Shown here: positions 24,232-34,522 of the stretch, piece after piece
How positions within the stretch are numbered: the stretch's first letter is position 1
Layout: each line of letters begins with the position of its first letter
NCBI GenBank assembly: GCA_035221665.1
Contig: CM069162.1
Span: forward strand, 17,856,001-17,920,000
From: Okamejei kenojei
Taxonomy: Eukaryota
Length of the DNA: 64,000 nt
Direction: 5' to 3'
The notes under the pieces: generated by a model
Databases searched by the model: none
Seen by the model: the letters and a program-made list of their open reading frames with translations, nothing else
Told to the model about the DNA's origin: nothing
Program-made: the position numbers and the translations under genes

Positions 24232-25822
24232 CAGTGCCCTCCATAACATTTGGGACCAAGACCCATCATTTAATTTATTTGCCTCTGTACTCCACAATTT
24301 GAGATTTGTAAGTGAAAAAAAAATCACATGTGGTCAAAGTGCACATTGTCAGATTTTAATAAAGGCCATTTTTACACATTTTGGTTTCATCATGTAGAAA
24401 TTACAGCAGTGTTCAGGGGACCCTAATGTTTGGGACACAGCAATGTCATGTTAATGAACGTATTCATGTTTAGTAATTTTGTTGCATATCCTTTGCATGC
24501 AATGACTGCTTGAAGTCTGCAATTCATGGACATCACCAGTTGCTGGGTTTCTTCTCTGGTGATGCTCTGCCAGGTCTGTATTACAGCCATCTTTAGCTTA
24601 TGCTTGTTTTGGAGGCTAGTCCTCTTCAGTTTTCTCTTTGGCATATAAAAGGCATGCTCAATTGGGTTCAGATTAGGAATTGAACATTATTTAGCTTTGA
24701 AAAACTCCTTTGTTGCTTTAGTAGTATGTTTGGGTTCATTGTCTTGCTGCATACTGAACCGCCAGCCAATGAGTTTTGAGGCATTTGTTTGAACTTGATA
24801 GGATGTGTCCATACACATCAGAATTCATTATGCTACTACTATGAGCAGTTGTATCATCAATGAAGATAAGTGAGCCAGTACCTTCAGCAGCTATATATGC
24901 CTAGGCCATAACACCCCCACCACCATGTTTCATAGATGAGGTGGTATGCTTTGGATCTTGGGAAGTTCCTTCTCTCCGCCATACTATGCTCTTGCCATCA
25001 CTCTGATATAAGTTAATCTTCGTCTCATCTGTCCACAAGACCTTTTTCCAGAACTATGGTTGCTCTTTTAAGTACTTCTTGGCAAACTGTAACCTGGCCA
25101 TCCTATTTTTATGGCTAACCTGTGGTTTGCATCTTACAGTATAGCCTTCTGCGGACAGTGGTTATTGACAAATCCACACCCGACTCCTGAAGAGCGTTTC
25201 TGATCTGTCGGACAGGTGTTTGGGGATTTTTCTTTATTAAAGAGATAATTCTTCTCTTAGCAGCTGTGGTGGTCTTCCTTGGCCTGCCAGTCCCTTTGCG
25301 ATTAATAAGCTCTCTTTCTTCTTAATGATGTTCCAAACAGTTACCTTTGGTAAGCCTAAGGTTTGGCTGATGTCTCTAACAGTTTTATTCCTGTTTCTCA
25401 ATCTCATAATGGTTTCTTTGACTTTCGTCGGCACAACTTTGATCCTTATGTTGATAAACAGCAAGGAGGGCATAATGTGATGGAAAGACTGGAGGAAAGA
25501 CTATGTATTGAGAGCTCTCTAATACCTGCATTAAGGAGGCATTTAAACACACCAGAGCATATTACAAACACCTGTGAAGCCATGTGTCCCAACCATTATG
25601 GTGCCCTGAAATGGGGGGGGGGGGGGGGGGGGGGTGTGGGGAGAGGACATGTATAAACACAGCTATAATTTCTACATGGCGAAACCAAAACTTTTGATAA
25701 AATCTGACAACGTACACTTTAACCACATGCGATTTTGTTTCTATTACAAATCTCAAATTGTGGAGTACAGAGGCAAGTAAATAAATGATGGGTCTTTGTC
25801 CCAAACATCATGGAGGGCACTG
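24232..25822 (-). mobile_element. Decayed full-length Tc1/mariner element with IR/DR-type long TIRs
   Basis: TIRs CAGTGCCCTCCAT...ATGGAGGGCACTG of about 200 bp, TA at 24230-24231. Frameshifted transposase: HTH (RDISQTLGLPKVTVWNIIKK), VLWTDETK, QQDNEPKHT, NLNPIEHAF. Confidence 0.92.
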
Positions 25823-26700
25823 CATATGCACAAGGTTCCTCTACATTTGGTTCATTGAAAGTGATGCCCTTAATCCCACAGCACGTAGTTTCTTAAACTC
25901 ACAGTGGTGTGATCGTGCAAGAGTTAGATTGTTTACACTTGGGAATTCTGTTGTAGATGGAGACTCATGCATTTATTTGCAGCAGCTAAAAGTCAGTGGT
26001 GCACAAGTGTTTGCTTGGATCAGTGCTAGTACACTTGCCTCAGTCAAGATCATAAACCCAATTACCATACTGGGCAAACATGACAATTCAGTACTAGCAA
26101 CTGCCACATCGTCAGGAATATCATAGTTAAAGTCAAGTGGTAAATCGGTGTCCTACTTGTCTGTGCTAACAAATTCCAAACAGCTCATGGTGGTTGCTCC
26201 ACAGCAGAGGGTTTGATCAATGTCCTGGGCAGCATCAACTATCATCCAATAACAATAAAATGGTAAATAATCTGACTGTGGCCCGTTGTTCCCTACTGTT
26301 TCAAATCCTCTGCTGTTACCCTAAATGAATATTGAATGCCAAAGTGACCAATTGTCAAAATTGAATCTATCCCTCCAATTATTTCATCAATCCAGCACAT
26401 AGTCCTATTGCCAAAATTACTAAGCCACTTCCTTTTTCTTCAATTATGAAAATAATTGTATACATTTGCTCTACAGAATCTGGTTCCTAAGCAGCAGTGT
26501 CCTGCCATAACTTTGGCCTCTCAATTTTATCCGGTTGTTCTGAATATTACAGAAATTATATATCACCATTAACCATGCTGCACCGATCTCAGTTTGGCTG
26601 AATTTAGAATGAAGTTTACCGGTTTTACAAAATACACAATCAACCTGTTCAGAGTAGAAAATGTGAATACCAGACGACCATTAACCATAACAGCCGTTTC

Positions 26701-26826
26701 AGATCAGAAGGGTCCTGACCCGAAACGTCACCTATCCACGTTCTCCAGAGATGCCGCCTGACCCGCTGAGTTACTCCAGCATTGTGTGTCTATCGTTGGT
26801 ATAAACTAGCGTCTGTAGTTCCTTTT
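26701..26826 (+). mobile_element. Hammerhead-core short element (CTGA box lost)
   Basis: gaagggtcctgaccc-GAAACGTC-acctatcc...gctgagttactccagc...gcgtctgtagttcc. Confidence 0.75.
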
Positions 26827-28724
26827 TATTACAGTTGTTTTAGCCCTTGGATTTGCACATGCCTCTGATTGAGACAAACTTGATTTGTTTGACTCTGTTG
26901 CAGCTGACTGAAACCCCGCCTGATAAAAACTCAAATCAACAGGTAATTCAGACATCCTCATCCAATCAAAGCAAAAACCGCACAAGAAGGCAGACACTAA
27001 ATATCACGTTTTCTGAAACACAGAAGCAGCAAACTAGAGTTGATACTGCATTTTCTACATGCTTCACAAGTTTACAGAGTGTACCTCGCAGTTATTGAGC
27101 AGGCAGAAGAATGTCAGTTATGTACACACAGGTTCACACAAGGAGCATAATTATCTTGTCTCATAGATGGCCCCTCAGCTCCATCCAACCTAAACCCGCA
27201 TGAACATAAAAGAACCAGAAAGCAAAGTATAGACACTGGAAAACTGAAATAAAACAGAAAAGCTGGAAGTACTAAGTAAATTAGGCAAAATCTCAAGGAA
27301 AACAAAGTTAATCATTCAAATTGTTTTTTTTTAATCTGAATAATTCTGTTGAAAGGTCAGAACCTTTTGAGTACTATCCAGGAACTAAAATTTTGATTTT
27401 GATTTTTAAATAAATAATTATTGCATGCTATGGATAAGACTTAGCACAGCACTGCTTGCTCAAAGAAATTTAAAATAGGCCATGTATCTTTATTCACATA
27501 CATCTAAAGTTATTAGCAAACAGGCATGGCAGTAGCATCATTAAAAGTGCGGACATATTATTAGATGGGACTTTTGGATTTGTAAAGATTAAATAATTAA
27601 TTACCAATTACCAATTTTATTTTGATATATTCTGCTGAAAGCACATTCTCATGAGTGTGGCAGGAAAGTCAAATTAAACTAAAAACAAAAACAAAAAAAT
27701 CAGGAATAAACAAGTACCTTAACTCAAAGGTGGAATCCAAAATGCAACCCTTTAATTTCAGGATAATAATACTAACTTATCGGAAAAAATATGGATAGGT
27801 GTATAGCAAAAAAAAAAAATGCAGGCTTCTCCCATGCCTGAAGAAGGGGTTGGATTCCTAAAGAATATTTTGCCATTCGAAAATCTATACAGCAGTAATT
27901 GCAGTCAACCTTTAACTTCCGCCAAGGAATACCAATAGCTTTTGATGACAAAGTTGTTAGAAGCTCGTCAATCTCCTCCCAGTAAATATGCTGTAAATCA
28001 AAAGCAAACCAGGCTCTCAGTCTGAGAAGCTGAAAGATATGCATCAAAATGTTATTGGCAAATGGAATAGTGCAGATGGTCAAGAAAATGCCACCACCAC
28101 CAACACATTTTAAGAGCTTATATGTTTCGGAGACTCTTTAACATTCAGATAATCAAAAGTGCTGTTAAATGCAGAGATCCTCATGGATCTGTGCTTGAAA
28201 GATAGTCTCCAAATCTGTTCCCTCTGTTTTGTTGCAGACAACGATGACTTCATAAGACAACAAATTAAATTAAAACAAATCCCTTCTTTGTAGAGATTTG
28301 TAAAGTGAGTGTCTTCTGACTGGAGGAGACGTGTATGTGGAAAATTACAAAGTGACGGACATACAAACCACATTTGTGGGTTTTCATCGATCCCCAGAGC
28401 TAATAAATTAATTGGAGACATTTTAAAATTTGCACGGTTCTTGAATTGCTTTCTTATTGGTGTATTTAGTCTGGCTTCATAGACAGTGGCCGAGCATTCA
28501 ACAAAAGAAGGCTTCTTGCGTGAGTGGGCTCCATAAATAAACAAGAGATTTTTTACTGCTCCAACTTGGAAAAGTCCATATGTGTCAGGAACGAAACTAA
28601 AACACTGTTCATAAAAGGTCACTTTATTCACTGTTGCTCAAATGTGACTGCAATCTTGAAATGCTTCAATTTAAATTTCAGGGATTCAGAACCACTAAAG
28701 TAATCCCTAACCTTCTGTTTGCAG

Positions 28725-28825
28725 ATGCTACGTATGACTGCAACGCACTGTACCAGAAAAATTACCGAATATCTGGCGTGTACAAACTGCCGGCAGACGA
28801 GTTCCTGGGAACTCCAGAACTTGAG
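28725..28825 (+). CDS. ANGPTL7: ANGPTL7 coding exon 2 (start of fibrinogen-like domain)
   Basis: (D)ATYDCNALYQKNYRISGVYKLPADEFLGTPELE; ttgcAG/GTgac; 101 bp. Confidence 0.95.
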
Positions 28826-28990
28826 GTGACCCTTTCAAAATACATTTACTTCATGTTCTTGTATGCCCTCTTTTGAACATGTTTGTGGCTTTGCGTTTTA
28901 AAACAAGTTGTACTTGTACTGACTGTCTCTTGCAGGGCAATCATTATTCATCAGGTTTCATTTTAAAAGTTGTGAATATTGCGCTTGCAT

Positions 28991-29082
28991 AAGAAGGGTC
29001 TCGACCTGAAACGTCACCCATTCCTTCTCTCCAGAGATGCTGCCTGTCCCCGCTGAGATACTCCAGCTTTTTGTGACTATCT
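28991..29082 (+). mobile_element. Hammerhead-core short element (5'-truncated)
   Basis: aagaagggtctcgacct-GAAACGTC-acccattccttctctccagagatgctgcc. Confidence 0.75.
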
Positions 29083-29389
29083 AAAATTTGTACCATGTTT
29101 TTTTTTTAAATCAGTATTTTATGTTTTTCCTACTGAGCTCTTATGTGATGGAAAATTTGTTCTGACATACTGAAAATTATGAAAACAAAACTATATTTCT
29201 AATGTATATATCTAATTCATAACATATTCAATGGAATGCCCCGAATAGAAAATCCATATCAAAATTATGTGAAATCAAAATAATATTAGCTTGGACTGAG
29301 CTGCTGAATATGCTCATTTTCTTAAAATAGTGAAACATTTCCTATTTTATTGAAGTATGCTGCCTATTTTAACTCAAATCTTGTTATAG

Positions 29390-29584
29390 GTGTACTGTGA
29401 CATGGAATCTGGAGGTGGTGGCTGGACCGTTATACAACGTCGCAAGGCTGGCCTAACCTCTTTTAATCGTGACTGGAAACAGTACAAACGAGGATTTGGA
29501 AACATCCGTGGGGACTTCTGGTTGGGAAATGACCATATTTTTCGATTAACCAGACAACCAAGCATACTCAGGATAGACATGGAG
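29390..29584 (+). CDS. ANGPTL7: ANGPTL7 coding exon 3
   Basis: [19 protein letters not shown]...[25 protein letters not shown]; tatAG/GTaac; 195 bp. Confidence 0.96.
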
Positions 29585-29718
29585 GTAACTCATCCGAAAT
29601 TTAAATTCAGTACCCCGAATGTTACTCCAAATTTGCTTCTTTGCGCATGAAACGTTCAACTTGGTAGTAACAAGAATTTACAACTTAAATATGTATCCAA
29701 AAACAAATTAATGTGATG

Positions 29719-29985
29719 GTATCAGCTTGTATAACAGCACATAAACTGTGAAATGACTTCACCTGCATAAATACAGGACTGGGAAGGACAGATTCTCTAT
29801 GCAGAAGGGTCTGAAGAAGGGTCTCGACCCGAAACGTCGCCTATCTCCTTCGCTCCTTAGATGCTGCTGCACCCGCTGAGTTTCTCCAGCTTTTTGTGTA
29901 CCCTCGATTCTCCAGCATCTGCAGTTCCTTCTTTAAAAAATTCTCTATGCAGAATACAGCTGCTTCTTAATTGGAAACTATAATG
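29719..29985 (+). pseudogene. Decayed partial duplicate of the ANGPTL7 intron 3/exon 4 junction (pseudo-exon)
   Basis: gtatcagcttgtataa...atacAG|GACTGGGAAGGACAG matches the real junction from 30524; removing the insert gives DWEGQILYAEYSCF-LIGNYN. Confidence 0.85.
29807..29939 (+). mobile_element. Hammerhead-core short element with intact core and 15-bp TSD
   Basis: CTGAAGA-A-GGGTC-TC-GACCC-GAAAC-GTC at 29811-29838; TSD ATTCTCTATGCAGAA at 29792-29806 and 29940-29954. Confidence 0.88.
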
Positions 29986-30455
29986 AGTGGCACAGTGGTG
30001 CAACAGTAGAGTTGCTGCCTTAGAGAGTCTGGATTAGATTCTGACTATGGGTCTATCTTTGTAGATATAGAAACATAGAAAATAGATGCAGGAGTAGGCC
30101 AATCGGTCCTTCGAGTCAGCACCGCCATTCAATATGATCATGGCCGATCATCCAAAATCGGTAACCCGTTCTGGCTTTTTCCCCATATCCCTTGATTCCC
30201 TTAGCCTTAAGAGTTAAATCTAACTTTCTCTTGAAAACTAGATTGCACGTTCTCCCTGTGACCGTGTGGGTTTTCTCCATGTGCTCTGGTTTCCTCCCAC
30301 ATTCCAAACAGAAGCAGGTTTGTAGATTAATTGGTTTCTGTAAATTGCTCCTATCGTATAGGATGCCAATGTGGGATGACACAGAACCAGTGTCCGGGTG
30401 ATCAGTGAGCCCAAGGGCATGTTTCCACACTGTATCTCCAAACTTAACTAAACAA
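29986..30455 (+). mobile_element. V-SINE-like SINE interrupted by a minus-strand CR1 3' end (about 30067-30237)
   Basis: Head ggcacagtggtgcaacagtagagttgctgcc; CR1 tail tagaaacatagaaaatag; SINE core resumes at ttgcacgttctccctgtgaccgtgtggg. Confidence 0.8.
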
Positions 30456-30581
30456 GTATCTCTAAACCCAAGTATCTCTAAATGTGAACTTATATAATCA
30501 ATAATATTCGCTGGTGTGCTGGAGTATCAGTTTGTATAAACTGCAAATACATTGTCAAATGGCTTAATCTGTAAATTACAG

Positions 30582-30780
30582 GACTGGGAAGGACAGGCTC
30601 GGTATGCAGAGTATAGCTATTTTTCAATAAGCAACGAAGTAAACAGCTATAAGTTATTAATTGGAAACTACAATGGTACAGCTGGTCGGGACTCCCTCAG
30701 GTACCACAACAACACAGCTTTCAGCACAAAGGACAAAGACAATGACAAATGCGTAGACGACTGCGTACAATTCCGCAAAG
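30582..30780 (+). CDS. ANGPTL7: ANGPTL7 coding exon 4
   Basis: DWEGQARYAEYSYF...YHNNTAFSTKDKDNDKCVDDCVQFRK; tacAG/GTacg; 199 bp. Confidence 0.96.
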
Positions 30781-31038
30781 GTACGTGCTAATCGGTAAAC
30801 GGGAAGCAACTTGTCATTTGGCACTGCAATGGGTCCTGGCAATTTCGTAATGCTGTACTAATATCTATTTAATTACACAAGGCAAACAAAAGGGTATTCA
30901 AAATATACTGGCAATTCATGAAATGTGAACCGAGAATAAAAACCGTATTCTCACATAATTTTTTTAAAATCTAATTGAAATATATGACAGAATTTATATC
31001 TTTCACAATATAATAGCTTGGCATTCTTTTAACTGCAG

Positions 31039-31208
31039 GAGGCTATTGGTACAACTGCTGCACAGATTCCAATCTGAATGGAGTTTACTATCGCCATGGG
31101 TACCATACCCACAACTCTGATGGCATTACATGGTACGGCTGGCACGGTTCGAGTTATTCACTCAAGTATGTGGAAATGAAGATTCGCCCACAAAACGTCA
31201 AGCCTTAA
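31039..31208 (+). CDS. ANGPTL7: ANGPTL7 coding exon 5 (ends in TAA)
   Basis: (G)[55 protein letters not shown]; ctgcAG acceptor; spliced CDS is 1047 nt (348 aa plus stop). Confidence 0.96.
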
Positions 31209-31977
31209 GACCTACAATATGCCCACGACTTCAATAATGAAAAACTTAAAACCGTCACCATTCATTGAAGGATTTGTCTTTGCAAAACCTTGGGCACCTT
31301 CATAGACAGTTCTTTGTCCCTTCACTAATTACACACAGATGGTTACAAGCCCAAAAGAGCACCAATATAAAGTGAATGAAAAGCGCTAGAACCCACAATA
31401 GGTCTTTGAAATTTACAGTTTAAATTAAATAAGTATGATTTTTTGAGGGGGAAATAACTACAGTAATCTCACTGTCGTTTTCAGTGGAATAAAATGGTGA
31501 AATTAATTTTGCAATCTGGAAAACAGCTACTTTAGGAATTAGATACTATGTTACTCCAAAGAGTATCTTTAAAAACTTTAAAATTATCTTAATCTTTTTT
31601 CATAATACATTTCAACAAAGTGAAATGATTTGTTCTGCTTTTCCAGCAACCCAATGCAACATGTACATATCAACTGGCAACTCTAAATCAAGTTTTATAA
31701 GAAAAATATTTTTTTCAGTAGCATTTTAGTCTTTTGTATCAATTAGATCATTTGGAAAGCGTTTGAACTGTAAGCACTAGACAAGATATTTACTCTGTTA
31801 AAGATGTTTTACAAATGCAAGTTCCTGCTTGTGATGGAACCTGAACTGATAAAATGTTACTCGTTTCCTTCTCTTTGTTGCATCAAACTTGCATCAGAAA
31901 AAGAAAAGTATTCTCAAAATGTTCCAGTTAAAGAAGTGTCTATTTTGTATGTTCATTAAGAAGCCATATATATAAAC

Positions 31978-31983
31978 AATAAA
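31978..31983 (+). terminator. Putative ANGPTL7 polyadenylation signal
   Basis: AATAAA about 770 nt after the stop, followed by GT/T-rich sequence; an alternative AATAAA is at 31488-31493. Confidence 0.5.
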
Positions 31984-32749
31984 TGCAGTTCTTAAAAAAA
32001 AAAGTTGTACTTTCCTTAAGAAGAAATGTTGGGTGGCAAAACTAGTTGTTATTTTATATTCTTCATGATAGGCTGTGGTTATTTCCTGAGACGGGGCAAA
32101 TGTAGCCTAGTACGTGTCCTTAAATAACTTTGCAAGGCAATCCCTATCTGTCAATTTCACAAATTGCCAAGATTTGGAAAAATAATAATCATAAAAACCT
32201 GCAGGCATTTTGAAGAGGAAAATTAAGGTTTCTGGCATCAAATTAAGATCATAGGATCTCACAGCAAGATATTTGGTACAACCGTATGCTCTTGTTTCCT
32301 TCAGCTTTAAGACTTCAATAAAGTAATTTAAGGCAATAAAAGGCATTTCTAAAATTTCGAAGACAAAATGAGATGACAAGTACCCTCATCTTACTCGGCC
32401 CATTCACGTTTGCTCTCTGCAGTTTGATCTTAGCCCAGGGGCAAAAGCTCACCACCAACCTTTATACTTAATATTTGTGGTTCCAGAAATAGAGCTGATT
32501 TTCACATGAAAAGGTTTACTCACAATCTTACGACCCACAACAATGTGGTTGACTCTGATCTGCTCTCTGAAGTGGACACTCAGTAGGGCACTCAGTTGCA
32601 TCACAACCAATGCAATGAAGCGAAAGAATAAAATCTGATTGATCACATGGCATTGATCACCGTACCTGGCTAAGTTGCGCCAAACTTTAACCCCACTCAC
32701 CTTGGCGACGTTCTCCTCACAAAGCTGGTGAATAAATATGGACAAATGC

Positions 32750-33830
32750 CCCTAATTACTGTTTGCCAGCCTTCCTCTGCTCCTAGTGTTGAATAACACT
32801 GAGAAGAGCCAAGGGCACCTGATACTATCAAGAGCAGAGTACTCTGGGTGGGGAACTTCAATGTCCATCACCCATCAATAAGAATTACTTGGTAGCACCA
32901 TCATTATCAAGTCCCGAAAAACAGTTGCCACACTGGGTTTGCGACACAGCGAACAAACTAACACCAGGAAGGAACCTACATAACCGTACTTCATCAATCA
33001 ACATCTGTACACAAGAGCATTGGCAGGAGTAGCCATCAAACAGTCTTTGTGGAGACAAAGTCCCACCGTCACACCTTATATCCAGCAGCAACTTAAATGA
33101 ACATCACCTTAATCTATAACCTTACGGCCTCACTACATCATCATACATATTTTAATGAGAAGGCTAGGATGCCTTGGCAGTAGTAGAACTAGGTGCACCT
33201 TAAAATGCAGCATCAACCTAATGAAGTTGAAATACATGCATGCTACATAGCATGCCATAGTCACAAGCAAGCAGGCCAACAACCAACGGATCAGATCCAG
33301 GTTCTGTGGTCTTGCTGCATCTTGTTGTAAAAGTTGGTGGACAATTAAACAGCCAGCAGGAGATGACACCAAGAACATTCCCATCCCCATTTCCTTCGCT
33401 CCGCAGATGCTGCCGCACTCGCTGAGTTTCTCCAGCACTTTTGTCTACATTCCCATCCCCAATGCTGGGGTGACCTGCATTCGAGTACAAAAGACAAAGT
33501 TGAGGTAGTAGCATACATGTCCAGCCAGATGTGTCGAGTGGATGCTCCACCTGTGCTTCATTCCAAGATCTCCACTGCCATAGAAGCCAGTCTTTGGCTA
33601 ACTTGAGTCACACCAAGTGGTACCAATAATGGTTGAGGCCATTGTCCCCTGCAAAGGCTGTGAGACCAGACAATATCCCAGTTGTATTATTGATGTCCTC
33701 TACAACTAGGGAATTACCCATCTCTTGCCAAAACCATTCCATTACGGGCACAAAGGGAGCATTTTCCTGACATGTGGAAACATGCTTTTCACAAATAGCA
33801 TGGAAATAGCTTCTTGTTTTCATCCAGCAA
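32750..33830 (+). mobile_element. Highly degenerate LINE ORF2 remnant (APE to RT)
   Basis: ctctgggtgggg(g)aacttcaatgtccatcac resembles LWVGDFNVHH; gcaaaggctgtgagaccagacaatatccca resembles KAxGPDNIP. Confidence 0.55.
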
Positions 33831-33864
33831 ACAACTAACAATGATGCATTTCCTCTATCATAGT

Positions 33865-34078
33865 TACTTTTTTGCATATCTTTTATTCATTGTTCTTTAT
33901 CACTTTACATCGTCGCCTATATCTCTCGTTTCCCATATCCCAAACCAGTCTGAAGAAGGGTCTCAACCCAAAACGTCACCCATTCCTTCTCTCCAGAGAT
34001 GTTGCCTGCCCCGCTAAGTTACTCCAGCTATTTGATCTATCTTTGGTTTAAACCAGCATCTGCACTTCCTTCCTACAC
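33865..34078 (+). mobile_element. Hammerhead-core short element with pyrimidine-rich 5' extension
   Basis: ccagtCTGAAGA-agggtctcaaccc-AAAACGTC-acccattcc...cagcatctgcacttccttcctacac. Confidence 0.8.
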
Positions 34079-34227
34079 AAAAAAAAAAAAAATCTGGCTA
34101 ATTACTGCCCAATCAATGTAATCTTCATCAAGCACGAGACAGGAAAAGTGCAATATTTTCTTGAAGACACGAGTAACTACTCAACTCTTGAACAAAGCAC
34201 AAAGTGCTGGAGCAAGTTAGCGAGTAA

Positions 34228-34522
34228 AGGGCCTGTCCCACAATGCAAGTTCACGCAAGAGCTCTCCCGAGTTTAAAAAAAAATCTAACTCGTGGTACCT
34301 CGTCATGAGTATTTATTTACTCTTGGAAATTTTTCACAATTGAAAAAACTTCACGAGTTTCCGCGTTTCCCGAGTACCAGCCGCTAGCATTACGAGCCGC
34401 TACGAGACATCAACGAGCTCCGACGTACCCGCTACGTACATTCTATGTAATTACCACGAGTTTGATTTTTTTTTTAAACTCGGGAGAGCTCTTGGGTGAA
34501 CTCACATCGTGGGACAGGCCCT
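34228..34522. mobile_element. PIF/Harbinger MITE inserted in a minus-strand hammerhead-core element (about 34190-34590)
   Basis: TIRs AGGGCCTGTCCCAC / GTGGGACAGGCCCT with long internal inverted arms (aagagctctcccgagtttaaaaaaaa / ttttttttaaactcgggagagctctt); flanks TAA/TCA. Confidence 0.88.

Noticed and set aside
28110-28631. 173-aa minus-strand ORF
   Set aside because: No recognisable domain or mTOR similarity; the MTOR exon chain is already complete and in phase without it.
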